Shown piece by piece: positions 1 to 11,719 of a stretch of DNA of 64,000 nucleotides. The translations under genes and the position numbers were made by a program. The stretch is taken from contig CM059426.1 of assembly GCA_030390025.1 (NCBI GenBank), forward strand, positions 95,728,001 to 95,792,000, given 5' to 3'. A model generated the notes under the pieces. It did not search any database, was not told where the DNA came from, and saw only the letters and a program-made list of their open reading frames with translations. This DNA is from Squalus acanthias (taxonomy: Eukaryota). Position 1 is the stretch's first letter, and each line of letters starts with the position of its first letter.

Positions 1-275
1 GCCATTTAGGACTGAGATGAGGAGGAATTTCTTCACCCAGAGAGTTGTGAACCTGTGGAATTCTCTACCACAGAAGGCAGTTGAGGCCAATTCATTAAAT
101 ATATTCAAGAAGGAGTTAGATATATTTCTTAAGGCTAAAGGGATCAAGGGATATGGGGAGAAAGCAGGGAGAGGGTACTGAATTTGGATGATCAGCCATG
201 ATCTCATTAAATGGCAGAACAGGCTCGAGGGGCCAAATGGCCTACTCCTGCTCCTATCTTCTATGTTTCTATGTT
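1..275 (+). mobile_element. CR1 LINE 3' end fragment
   Basis: ORF2 C-terminal 'FRTEMRRNFFTQRVVNLWNSLP' followed by the CR1 3' UTR (tggcctactcctgctcc) and a tctatgtt tail. Confidence 0.9.
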
Positions 276-1461
276 ACTCTACCTTTCTGTTTTTCCTACC
301 AAAGTGGATAACTTCACATTTATCCACGTTATACTGCATCTGCCATGTATTTGCCCACTCACTCAACTTGTCTAAATCGCCTTGAAACCTCTTTGCATCT
401 CCTCACAACTCACAATCCCACCTAGTTTCATGTCGTCAGCAAACTTGGAAATATTACATTTGGTTCCCTCATCCAAGTCATTGATATATATTGTGAATAG
501 CTGGGGCCCAAGCACTGATCCCTGCGGTACCCCACTAGTCACCACCTGCCATCCCGAAAAAGACCCATTTATTCCTACTCTCTGTTTCCTGCCTGTTAAC
601 CAATTTTCAATCCATGCCAGTATATTAACCCCAATCCCATGTGCTTTAATTTTGCACACTAACCTCATATGTGGGACTTTATCAAAGGCCTTCTGAAAAT
701 CCAAATGCACCACATCCACTGGTTCTCCCTTATCTATTCTACCAGTTGCATCCTCAAAAAACTCCAGTAGATTTGTCAAACATGATTTCCCTTTCATAAA
801 TCCAGGTTGACTTTGTCTAATCCCGTTGATATTTTCTAAGTGTGCTGTTATCACATCCTTTATAATAGACTCTAGCATTTTCCCTGCTACTGATGTTAGG
901 CTAACCGGTCTGTAGTTCCCTGTTTTCTCTCTCCCTCCTTTTTTAAATAGTGGGGCTATATTTGCCAACCTCCAACCTGCAGGAACTGTTCCATAATCTG
1001 TAGAATTTTGGATGACAACCAATGCATCCACTATTTTCATGGCTACCTCTTTTAGTACTCTGGGATGCAGATTATCAGGCCCTGGGGATTTATCGGCTTT
1101 CAGTCCCATTAATTTCTCCAGCATTATTTTTTTACTAATACTAATTTTCTTTAATTCCTCCTTCTCACTAGACCCTTGGTTCCCTAGCATTTCTGGGAAG
1201 TTATTTGTGTCCTCTTCCATGAAGACAGAACCAAAGTATTTGTTTAATTGCTCTGCCATTTCCTTGTTCCCGATTATAAATTCTCCCGTTTCTGACTGTA
1301 AGGGACCTACATTTGTCTTCACTAATCTTTTTCTTTTTACATACTTGTAGAAGCTTTTACAGTCCGCTTTTATGTTCCTTGCAAGTTTACTCTCATACTC
1401 TATTTTTCCCCTCTTAATCAATCTCTTGGTCCTTTTTTGCTGAACTCTAAACTGCTCCCAA
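276..1461 (-). mobile_element. CR1 LINE reverse transcriptase fragment
   Basis: ORF 372..1490 has [37 protein letters not shown] and FADD motifs. Confidence 0.95.
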
Positions 1462-2770
1462 TATCTACTTTGAATAAGTGGAATTAACACTGAGCAGGAC
1501 TTTTGCTCAAATCTTGGAAGATGCAGAGTTCAATGTCAATGTACTCTTTTACGTGCAGTTAGCACGCATAATCGCACACTTTCTGCTCGATCTTTATAGA
1601 AGTAATTTTATGACTTTGCACTCCCAGCAGGGAGCCTCGCCCATCAGCAAAGGGTATTGGAAATCCCGGTACGCAATCATGCTTCTGATGGGCGAAACTC
1701 CCTGCCAGAATTGCAGGGTCAGGAGATGAATCCTTATATGCCAGTATGAATTGTGTGGTCTACCTTCAGAGGGGGCTCGGCGAAGTCTTGCAGACAGCAT
1801 TTTCTAGGCCTCACTCTTATATTAGTCCTTAATGTTTATACTGCACTGCAATGTAATTTCTAACTTTCTTATTTGAAAGCTGTTGACCTAGATTACTTTT
1901 ATCATTATAGAGAGTCCAACATACATGGTGCACAAAGTGAGTTGACTTAAAGGATCCTCGAAGAAGAGCACATTCACTAAGCAGTTGCAGAAAATAGCAG
2001 ATGCTCTGAAAATAGTGGAAGTCAGTGTATCTGTGCAAACGGTATAACAATGTATGACCGTTGATAAGCCACTTGAATACTTACTCAATCTGTGTGGTTA
2101 CCTCTGAACAAGAGGATATTGATAGTATCTTTACTGTTCATGATGCAGGTGTACAAGTCAGGCGAGAAAGGAAAGGATGTGTGTGTAGAGTCTACAGCTG
2201 AACATGACTGGGACAGTGGTGAAGCGAGATCTGTTCTGGCTTCCACAGCTATTTCCATATTCCGCGCAGTGAAATAAATATAACTATTGACATAGCAACA
2301 GTGAGTCTGTGATGTAATTACATGATTAAATGTTTAATTTTTATAAATGGAAATTAAATTCATAATTTTAGAATGTTCTTATTATGTGCTTATTATTAAC
2401 ATTAATTGAACATTTGGAACAATATCAACAGTTGCAGTTAAAATATATACAGTAAGTTATATACAAAGTACAATGAATAATTAGACAAATATAGGGGTAC
2501 ATTTTGAACTTTAGCGCTCCTAGCGCACAGCTTCACACACTGGGAGTGCATGTTGGGAATTTGGGTATGTGCCCCCCAAATTTTCTGCCTATGATGGAAA
2601 GAAAATCACATCCAGCGAATGCCTGAATTTCCAATATGCTCTCTGCTGGGAGATCGAAAGAGGACAATTACCCAATGCATCTTTCAACACATGTGACACA
2701 CATAGATGCACACCTACAAACATAGTGGATAGATGCATATGTTTAATGATTAAGAAACATACATGATGGA

Positions 2771-2863
2771 GAGAGAAACAGAGTTAACGTTTCCGGTCGG
2801 TGACTCTCTGCACAGATGCTGGTTGACCTGCTGAGTATTTCCAGCATTTTCTGTTTTTAACCC
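2771..2863. mobile_element. Short Penelope-derived insertion, internally inverted (partial hammerhead arm plus tail arm)
   Basis: Left part is the reverse complement of the HHR 3' half seen at 52806-52842; right part is the forward tail; flanked by TGATGGA at 2764-2770 and 2864-2870. Confidence 0.7.
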
Positions 2864-3673
2864 TGATGGAAGTGTCAAGTGAGGTGAGCTCAGCTCCCTT
2901 GGTCACCCTCTTTCTGGGTTGAATAGCCAGCTGATGTCCACTGGCCAAATAGATGGAGAAAGGCCATTAAGGCAGGTATTGGGAGGCTACCAGCACCCAT
3001 GGAACTATCCCAACATGAGTCCCACCTTTAAGGAAAAGGGGATCAAGGAAAAGAAATCAGAGGGGGAAATAAAAATTTGACAAAAAATACAGGAGAAACA
3101 TTTAAAAGCATTGATTTTTTTCTGTTCATAGAGTTTGTAAGGCAGGACGTAGTAAAAACATAAACACAACCTTTGCTGAAAAAGTGGCAGAGATGGGTTA
3201 AATTGATTGTTAAGCAAAATGTGTTTCTTGCGGTTTCTCGAACCTGCTCAGCAGAAGCGCTAGCACCGTAGTAATTGGTACAATCGGAGCACACGTCAGA
3301 AGCGACTTATTAACCAACTTCCTGCCCAGAACAGCGCAGCAAGATTGAAACCTGAACTAAAAGCGGGTGGAGACGTGGTGAGGACTATACCACTTCACAA
3401 CAGGTGAAAACATTGTAGCAGAGGATTGCGACTGTCTCAACATCCAAGATAAACACTGAAGTTAAATAACAAGCCCAACCCAGTGGGAGTTTACACGCGC
3501 TTTCAGAAACACAATTGAAACCAAACTCTAATTTAACTGACAGGGCACGAATGGTTACTCCCTGAGAAGTGTCCAGGACTCTTTAAACAGCAGTGTGGCA
3601 TGTAATGGTAATGGAAATCTTGCGCTGATGTCTGATACATTTTAGTGCAAAAACAATTGGCTAAAATAAAAAC

Positions 3674-4052
3674 CGACACGGCAAGAGAGCCCCAGGTGGG
3701 CAGAGGAAACGCTTCAAGGACACCCTCAAAGCCTCCTTGAAAAAGTGCAACATCCCCACCGACACCTGGGAATCCCTGGCCCAAGACCGCACAAAGTGGA
3801 GGAGAAGCATCCGGGAAGGCGCCGAAAACTTCGAGTCTCTTCGCCGGGAGCAAGCGGAAGCCAAGCGCAAGCAGCGCAAGGAGCGCACGTCAACCCAAGC
3901 ACCCCACCCACCTGCCCCTTCAACCACCATCTGCCCCACCTGTGACAGAGACTGTAGATCCCACATTGGACTCATCAGTCACCTGAGAACTCATTTTTAA
4001 TGTGGAAGCAAGTCATCCTCGGTTCCGAGGGACTGCCTAAGAAGAAGAAAAG
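3674..4052 (+). mobile_element. RTE-clade LINE, 5'-truncated 3' end
   Basis: GGQRKRFKDTLKASLK...DRTKWR...CPTCDRDCRSHIGLISHLRTH C-terminus; (AAG)n tail; 11-bp TSD AAAATAAAAAC at 3663-3673 and 4053-4063. Confidence 0.88.
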
Positions 4053-4270
4053 AAAATAAAAACAGAAATTGCTGGGAATACATAACATCAGCATGTGAAA
4101 AGAGAAAAGAAAGGTTAATATTTTGGGTGTAAACCACTTATCAGAACCAAAAAACCTAATGCAGTGAAGAATGCATTAACTCCATCGTAAAGGCATTGTA
4201 CTCCATCAGGTTCAGATAGGCCTGCAGTGTATTTCCATCATTTTCTGTTTGCATTTCAGATTCCCAGTCT
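4053..4270. mobile_element. Degenerate Penelope-derived HHR/tail remnants (minus arm ~4053-4150, plus arm ~4200-4270)
   Basis: Decayed similarity to 25945-26042 and 52792-52920 (aataaaaacagaaattgctgg; tatttccatcattttctgtttgcatttcagattcccag). Confidence 0.45.
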
Positions 4271-5252
4271 GTGGATTTTTCTAAATCTCCACAAATTAAA
4301 TTCCCTATTCGATAATTAGGTACAAAGAGTAAAATTTTATGATTTAGCACACAGAGCTTTGCACAACAGGGGTTCGTATTGGGACTTCAGGCGCAGCCTA
4401 AGTCAGCACACCCGATATAAGGCCCGCATAATTAGTAACCTGAACATTGTGAAAACTGTGAATTGGGCATCCTGACCGTCACATCAGATCCGTAGTGTTC
4501 ATTCTCCTCATGCAAAGCTCTGCGCCAGGAGAGCTAACTCGATATATTTCTCCCAATATATTTAACAAATGACAGATAGCTTTATTATGTTTTACGGTCA
4601 CTTTATTTTTTTAACTTTTAGACTGATAACAGTCTGCGAAATATTAAAATATGCAATAATTGACACAGCATATAACATAATCAAAGTGATTCCGCGATTC
4701 ACTGCTTCCTGCTGGGAACGCCGGATTGTGGAATCAGCCTTTTTTGAAGACTTCTTATCAGAAAGCCAAAATAAGTTTTGAGTAAATTTTGTTGGCAGGC
4801 TTAAGAATAGCATTATTGATTATTATATAGATGTAGGCATGTATGGCGTGTTATTTAGCAAATATTAATGAGGAAAATAACATTTGCAAAGTCTAAGATC
4901 ACTCGGACTTGGAAGTCACCCTAACATCTCAGTTCTGGTTGAGATACTGAAGTAGTCTGTAAGTGTTATATCGCTTGAATATTGAGGATAACATCATAAC
5001 CCCCTGTAACTAGGCTATGTCTGTGATGTCACTCTGGTTATCCCCAGCATGTTTATGAGTGGCTTCCTTATAAGTGACCTTTACTGAGTCATTTCTTTAT
5101 ACACAAGTGCATAGTTTACAGAATCTGTGGGTGTTATGAATTGTGCTAAAAGAAACAGCACTTTGACTTCAGGCCGAATTTCAATAATTCCTGTATTTTA
5201 TCCTGTTCCACATTTGTAAAATTGTAAAAAGAAAACTTGCATTTATATAGCT

Positions 5253-6921
5253 TGTAAGGTTTCCAAAATTTGCAGATCCCCAAAACCTAAGGAAAAAGGA
5301 CTTTGGAACTACCCCAGAGTGATAAAAATGCATTTGGGCCTAACATAAGGAATTTAAGACCAAAAACCAAGTTTTGGCATTTTAAAAACATGTCTGGGCC
5401 TGTAAAGGGAGAAAAGGCTGTGAAGGAAGTTTGGATCAACCTCTGTAAAAGCAGTTTGGGTATTGCAGTTAATTGCAATGTCTGGGGAACCGGGATGATC
5501 TCACTCAAAGCCCCAGCACGCATTAACATTTTGACAATAGACCCTAGGAGAAGACAGCCCCACCCAAAACAATAGGTCCCATCAAACCGATTACAAGGCC
5601 CATCAAGAAACATGCATAATACAGAGCACCCAGGACTAGGCTATAGATCAGCCTAGGAACCCAAAATACAAAACCCATCACCAGCAATCAGCCAAGAAAA
5701 TCGACAGGAGGCAAACCATCCCAAAAACCCATTTGACACTTACAGAGCAGTTACTGGTAGCAGGCCCGCCAAATTCAGACAATGAACTGAACAGATTTGG
5801 TGGGTAGATAAGGCCATATTCAATGGGTCAGATTGAAGGCCTGTTAAAACCCAGTTAACGAGCTAGTAAATCGTTACCGATTTACGAGCCCGCCAGAACT
5901 AGACAATGAACTAAACAGATTTGGCGGGTAGATAAGGCCACTTCAATTCTGTATAATTGAAGGCCCACCAAGCACACACGAGGAGAAGCAGGAGAGAGAA
6001 GAAGGAAGGAGAGCCAGCGAGAAGAGGAGAGACCAAGAAGAAGAAGGCCCGAGCTGGAAGCGAGTCGGCATCGCTCACCACTCAGACACACCTGAGTCCA
6101 GCTCGCGAAAACACCACCTCAACAGACCTCCAACCACAGCCCCAACACAGCCACCCGGAGCAACAAGCAGCAACCAGTCACCGACGGCTCCATGAGGTCG
6201 ACCGACACACCAACCAAGGCCTAAAGCCATCACGGAAACCAAAGGCCTCACAAAACCAACAACCGCGCATTACCCCCAACTGACCGGGTAATCGCAGGCC
6301 ACAGCAACCAACAAAGACCAACTCCAGGGAAGAAAACCCGAAGAATCGCAAAGTTTCCACACTACAAACTACTCCTGACTTACCCCTGGGTAAGATTTTC
6401 CCCAAAGACTCTAAGCCCTACTGCTGAACTAAAGAAATTGGGTACTCACCAGATAAATCCATAACGACATCCTACCGCATCAGCGTCACTCGCGAAGACT
6501 GACCAGAGACCCAGGTGAAGTCCTCTACCGCGTACGGGGTACAGCAGATACTAACCGCCATAAACAGCGAACCCCAAAACCGCGATTTAGCCCAACTGTC
6601 AAAGGATTGGTGAGCATTATCCCTGGTCCTTCAAAACCTAACTTAGCTAGTAAAGTGGGGTTGGGAGGGGTGAAGTATTGTCTACTGTCATTTCCCTCGC
6701 TTGTACCGAAGTGTTCCCCACCTTTAGAGTGATAAGAGTGTTATTATTTGTGTCTTACCTTTTAATAAAGATTGAAGTTCTTTCATCAAACTCAGTTGTC
6801 TGCTGCACCTTTTGTATAACAACCCCCAAATAAGTCCAAGGTCTAGAACCAAGGGAGTGGGAGCGATTCGAACCGCTCAGAAATCAGAGGTAAAGCTGAC
6901 ACAAAAACACCCCCCCCTACA
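5253..6921 (+). mobile_element. Solo LTR (ERV- or Gypsy-type)
   Basis: TGTAAGG...CCCTACA termini; 4-bp TSD AGCT (5249-5252, 6922-6925); ~60-bp internal duplication (5764-5824, 5888-5948); AATAAA near 6764; splits a SINE tail that matches 57637-57715. Confidence 0.8.
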
Positions 6922-6995
6922 AGCTCCTTATCATGTCCTCAGGATTTCCCAAAGCAGTTTACAGCCAATGGACTACTTTTGAATTTACTGCTAGC

Positions 6996-7618
6996 ATAGA
7001 ATCATAGAATGGTTACAGCACAGAAGGAGGCCATTTGGCCCATCGAGCTCGTGCCAGCTCTCTGCAAGACCACTTCAGCTAGCCCCACTCCCCCAGCCTT
7101 TCCCCGAAGCCCTGCAAATTTTTTTTCCTTTAGGTACTTATCCAATTCCCTTTTGCAAGCCATGATTGAATCTCCACCACTCTCTGAGGCAGTGCATTCC
7201 GGAACCTAACCGCTCACTGCATTAAAAAGTTTTTCTTCATGTCGTCTTTGGTTCCTCTGTCAATCACCTTAAATCTGTGTCCTCTGGTTCACAACCCTAC
7301 CGCCAATGGGAACAGTTTCTCTCTTATCTACTCTGTCTTGACCCCTCATGATTTTGAACACCACTATCAAATCTCCTCTCAACCTTCTCTGCTCTAAGGA
7401 GAACAACCCCAGCTTCTCCAGTCTATCCGCATAACTGAAATCCCTCATCCCTGGAACCATTCTTGTAAATCTTTTCTGCACCCTCTCTCAGGCCTTCACA
7501 TCCTTCCTAAAGTGCGGTGCCCAGAATTGGACATAATATTCCAGTTAAGGTCGGACCAATGTATATAAAGGTTCATCATAACTTCCTTGCTTTTGTACTC
7601 TATGCCTCTATTTATTAA
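6996..7618 (-). mobile_element. CR1 LINE 3' part (interrupted by the PLE insertion)
   Basis: QKRFTRMVPGMRDFSYADRLEKLGLFSLEQRRLRGDL; (catagaat) tail; sequence resumes at 11720. Confidence 0.9.
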
Positions 7619-7668
7619 ATTGAGAGGTCGCACAACACCAGGTTATAGTCCAACAGTTTTATTTGAAA

Positions 7669-7706
7669 TCACAAGCTTTCGGAACTATCGCTCCTTCCTC
7701 AGGTGA
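7669..7706 (-). ncRNA. Minimal type I hammerhead ribozyme in the PLE 3' region
   Basis: Minus strand reads UCAC-CUGAGGA-A-GGAG(CGAUAG)UUCC-GAA-AGCU-U-GUGA: helix I UCAC/GUGA, CUGANGA and GAAA boxes, palindromic AAGCUU in place of helix III; AAUAAA follows at 7663-7658. Confidence 0.85.
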
Positions 7707-8040
7707 AGTAAATTGGATACAGAATCGTCAGAGCATATATAGATGGAAAAAAAAGCATGTGTACTTTACAATTGCAGACCAATAAATTAAATCATCCTGA
7801 CTATCTGCCGAGGTGTGATAAAGTTAATTAAGTCAGCCAGGAAGGTACCACATCAAAAGGCATAGCAAGATACAACTGAGACAATGAGGTGAAGTCGCAG
7901 GGGTTCTAACGTGTCAAAAGCTGCCGTATGTATGTAAAACGAAAAGCTTTAAAAAAAAATTTACTTTTTTACTGGGAAAATTTTTACTTTTTTACTGGGA
8001 ATCACATCTGTGAACAAGCTAACGACGACTCGAGTCCGGA

Positions 8041-9555
8041 TCACGTCATGTATCGTGACATAAACCCAAGATCCCGATTGAGACCGTCTTCATGAGTGCA
8101 GAACTTGGCTATCAGTTTCTGCTCGATGATTTTGCGTTGTCGTGTGTTTCTAAGGTTGCCTTGGAGAACGCTTACCCGCAGATCCGAGGCTGAATGTCCT
8201 TGACTGCTGAAGTGTTCCCCGACTGGGAGGGAACAATCCTGCCTGGCGATTGTTGCGCGGTGCTCGTTCATACGTTGTCTCAGTGTCTGCATGGTCTCGC
8301 CGATGTACCATGCCGCGGTGCATTCTTTCCTGCAACGTATGAGGTAGACAACGTTGGCCGAGTCACATGAGTATGTACCATGTACCTGGTGGGTAGTGTC
8401 CTCACGTGTGATGGTGGTATCTGTGTTGATGATCTGGCATGTCTTGCAGAGTTTGCCATGGCAGGGTTGTGTGGTGTCGTGGTCGCTGTTATCCTGAAAG
8501 CTGGGTAATTTGCTGCGAACGATGGTACTTCTGAGGTTAGGCGGCTGTTTGAAGGCAAGTAGTGGAGGCGTGGGGATGGCCTTAGCGAGGTGTTTGTCGT
8601 CATCGATGACATGTTGAAGGCTGCGAAGAACATGTCGTAGTTTCTCCGCTCCGGGGAAGTACTGGACGACGTAGGGTACCCTGTTGGTTGTGTCCCGTGT
8701 TTGCCTTCTGAGGAGGTCTATGCGATTTTTCGCTGTGGCCCGTCGGAACTGTCGATCGATGAGTCGAGCGTCATATCCCGTTCTTACGAGGGCGTTTTTC
8801 AGCGTCCGTAGGTGTCCATCGCGTTCCTCCTCGTCTGAGCAGATCCTGTGTATTCGCAGGGCTTGTCCATAGGGGATGGCTTCTTTAACATGGTTAGGGT
8901 GGAAGCTGGAGAAGTGGAGCATCGTGAGGTTGTCCGTGGGCTTGCGGTAGAGTGAAGTGCTGAGGTGTCCGTCTTTGATGGAGATTCGTGTGTCCAGGAA
9001 TGAGACCGATTCTGAGGAGTAGTCCATGGTGAGTTTGATGGTGGGATGGAACTTGTTTATGTTATCGTGTAGTCTTTTCAGTGATCCTTCGCCATGGGTC
9101 CAAAGGAAGAAAATGTCGTCGATGTATCTGGTGTACAGCGTTGGCTGGAGGTCCTGTGCAGCGAAGAAGTCTTGCTCGAACTTGTGCATGAAGATGTTGG
9201 CGTATTGGGGTGCGAATTTGGTCCCCATGGCTGTTCCGTGTGTTTGGGTAAAAAAATGGTTGTCGAAGGTGAAGACATTGTGGTCAAGGATGAAGCGGAT
9301 GAGTTGTAGGATGGCGTCTGGAGATTGGCTGTTGTTGATGTTGAGTACTGAGGCTGTTGCAGCGATGCCGTCATCGTGGGGGATACTGGTGTAGAGTGCC
9401 GATACGTCCATCGTGGCAAGGAGTGTTCCTGGTTCAACTGGTCCGTGGGTGCTGAGTTTCTGTAAGAAGTCTGTAGTGTCGCGACAGAAGCTGGGGGTTC
9501 CCTGTACGATGGGTTTCAGAATGCCCTCGACGTATCCAGAGAGGTTCTCACACAG
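8041..9555 (-). CDS. PLE RT-GIY-YIG ORF, 5'-truncated (left arm)
   Basis: Open frame with MDVSALYTSIP, GTAMG, YIDDIF, CHGKLCKTC linker, VYLIRC...WYIGET, RMNEH, GLN; the annotated ORF's first ~30 aa are antisense of the other arm. Confidence 0.9.
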   Translation of the reverse strand: MCENLSGYVEGILKPIVQGTPSFCRDTTDFLQKLSTHGPVEPGTLLATMDVSALYTSIPHDDGIAATASVLNINNSQSPDAILQLIRFILDHNVFTFDNHFFTQTHGTAMGTKFAPQYANIFMHKFEQDFFAAQDLQPTLYTRYIDDIFFLWTHGEGSLKRLHDNINKFHPTIKLTMDYSSESVSFLDTRISIKDGHLSTSLYRKPTDNLTMLHFSSFHPNHVKEAIPYGQALRIHRICSDEEERDGHLRTLKNALVRTGYDARLIDRQFRRATAKNRIDLLRRQTRDTTNRVPYVVQYFPGAEKLRHVLRSLQHVIDDDKHLAKAIPTPPLLAFKQPPNLRSTIVRSKLPSFQDNSDHDTTQPCHGKLCKTCQIINTDTTITREDTTHQVHGTYSCDSANVVYLIRCRKECTAAWYIGETMQTLRQRMNEHRATIARQDCSLPVGEHFSSQGHSASDLRVSVLQGNLRNTRQRKIIEQKLIAKFCTHEDGLNRDLGFMSRYMT

Positions 9556-11578
9556 ACAGCAGACAGAGGGACTCGCAGTGCAGCAACCGAAGAAAAAAGA
9601 GTCAAACTGGACCCCTCCGGAGGGTCGCTGCCCCAAGCTTGACATGTATGCTCAAGCTGTCAGGAAATGCATCAACGCCAGATTCATCAGCCGCACTCAC
9701 AAGACAGTCCAGAATGTCACCCGAGCACAACGCAACGCCATCCACGCTCTCAAGACCAACCGCAACATTGTCATCAAACCAGCGGACAAAGGAGGAGCCA
9801 TCGTCATACAGAACAGAACGGACTATTGTAAAGAAGCATACCGACAACTGGACAACCAGGAACACTACAGACAGCTACCCGCAGATCCGACCAAAGAACA
9901 CACCCGCCAACTCAATAGACTGATCAAGACCTTCGATCCAGACCTTCAAAACATCCTACGCGCTCTCATCCCACGTACTCCCCGCGTGGGAGACTTCTAC
10001 TGCCTCCCAAAGATACACAAAGCCAACACACCCGGACGTCCTATCGTATCAGGCAATGGAACCCTGTGTGAGAACCTCTCTGGATACGTCGAGGGCATTC
10101 TGAAACCCATCGTACAGGGAACCCCCAGCTTCTGTCGCGACACTACAGACTTCTTACAGAAACTCAGCACCCACGGACCAGTTGAACCAGGAACACTCCT
10201 TGCCACGATGGACGTATCGGCACTCTACACCAGTATCCCCCACGATGACGGCATCGCTGCAACAGCCTCAGTACTCAACATCAACAACAGCCAATCTCCA
10301 GACGCCATCCTACAACTCATCCGCTTCATCCTTGACCACAATGTCTTCACCTTCGACAACCATTTTTTTACCCAAACACACGGAACAGCCATGGGGACCA
10401 AATTCGCACCCCAATACGCCAACATCTTCATGCACAAGTTCGAGCAAGACTTCTTCGCTGCACAGGACCTCCAGCCAACGCTGTACACCAGATACATCGA
10501 CGACATTTTCTTCCTTTGGACCCATGGCGAAGGATCACTGAAAAGACTACACGATAACATAAACAAGTTCCATCCCACCATCAAACTCACCATGGACTAC
10601 TCCTCAGAATCGGTCTCATTCCTGGACACACGAATCTCCATCAAAGACGGACACCTCAGCACTTCACTCTACCGCAAGCCCACGGACAACCTCACGATGC
10701 TCCACTTCTCCAGCTTCCACCCTAACCATGTTAAAGAAGCCATCCCCTATGGACAAGCCCTGCGAATACACAGGATCTGCTCAGACGAGGAGGAACGCGA
10801 TGGACACCTACGGACGCTGAAAAACGCCCTCGTAAGAACGGGATATGACGCTCGACTCATCGATCGACAGTTCCGATGGGCCACAGCGAAAAATCGCATA
10901 GACCTCCTCAGAAGGCAAACACGGGACACAACCAACAGGGTACCCTACGTCGTCCAGTACTTCCCCGGAGCGGAGAAACTACGACATGTTCTTCGCAGCC
11001 TTCAACATGTCATCGATGACGACAAACACCTCGCTAAGGCCATCCCCACGCCTCCACTACTTGCCTTCAAACAGCCGCCTAACCTCAGAAGTACCATCGT
11101 TCGCAGCAAATTACCCAGCTTTCAGGATAACAGCGACCACGACACCACACAACCCTGCCATGGCAAACTCTGCAAGACATGCCAGATCATCAACACAGAT
11201 ACCACCATCACACGTGAGGACACTACCCACCAGGTACATGGTACATACTCATGTGACTCGGCCAACGTTGTCTACCTCATACGTTGCAGGAAAGAATGCA
11301 CCGCGGCATGGTACATCGGCGAGACCATGCAGACACTGAGACAACGTATGAACGAGCACCGCGCAACAATCGCCAGGCAGGATTGTTCCCTCCCAGTCGG
11401 GGAACACTTCAGCAGTCAAGGACATTCAGCCTCGGATCTGCGGGTAAGCGTTCTCCAAGGCAACCTTAGAAACACACGACAACGCAAAATCATCGAGCAG
11501 AAACTGATAGCCAAGTTCTGCACTCATGAAGACGGTCTCAATCGGGATCTTGGGTTTATGTCACGATACATGACGTGA
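9556..11578 (+). CDS. PLE RT-GIY-YIG ORF, 5'-truncated but uninterrupted (right arm)
   Basis: SNWTPP, IKPADKGG, FYCLPKIHK, PGRPIVS, YIDD and GIY-YIG motifs; Cys-rich RT-EN linker is characteristic of Neptune-group PLEs. Confidence 0.93.
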
Positions 11579-11719
11579 TCCGGACTCGAGTCGTCGTTAG
11601 CTTGTTCACAGATGTGATTCCCAGTAAAAAAGTAAAAATTTTCCCAGTAAAAAAGTAAATTTTTTTTTAAAGCTTTTCGTTTTACATACATACGGCAGCT
11701 TTTGACACGTTAGAACCCC

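Larger units (their letters stand above)
7619..11719. mobile_element. Penelope-like element (Neptune-type) insertion, head-to-head inverted structure
   Basis: 8-bp TSD TTTATTAA (7611-7618, 11720-11727); minus arm 7619-9555 and plus arm 9556-11719 both encode PLE RT plus GIY-YIG endonuclease. Confidence 0.95.
7900..11719. repeat. 1,656-bp inverted repeat (7900-9555 vs 10064-11719) with 508-bp spacer
   Basis: Both arms are the same length; translated ORFs are identical except R/W from one substitution (8742 vs 10877). Confidence 0.95.

Noticed and set aside
2102-2141. Minus-strand ATG-to-donor segment (MNSKDTINILLFR) as a possible first exon of CHRNA9, the mammalian neighbour of RHOH
   Set aside because: Too short, no convincing similarity to a signal peptide, and no following exon is visible in the window
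5957-6405. ORFs inside the 5253-6921 element
   Set aside because: No gag, pol or env motifs; they reflect strand-skewed composition within an LTR
9413-9645. Apparent N-termini of the 721-aa and 534-aa ORFs
   Set aside because: Each is the antisense of the opposite arm read across the 9555/9556 junction; they are not the native PLE N-terminus
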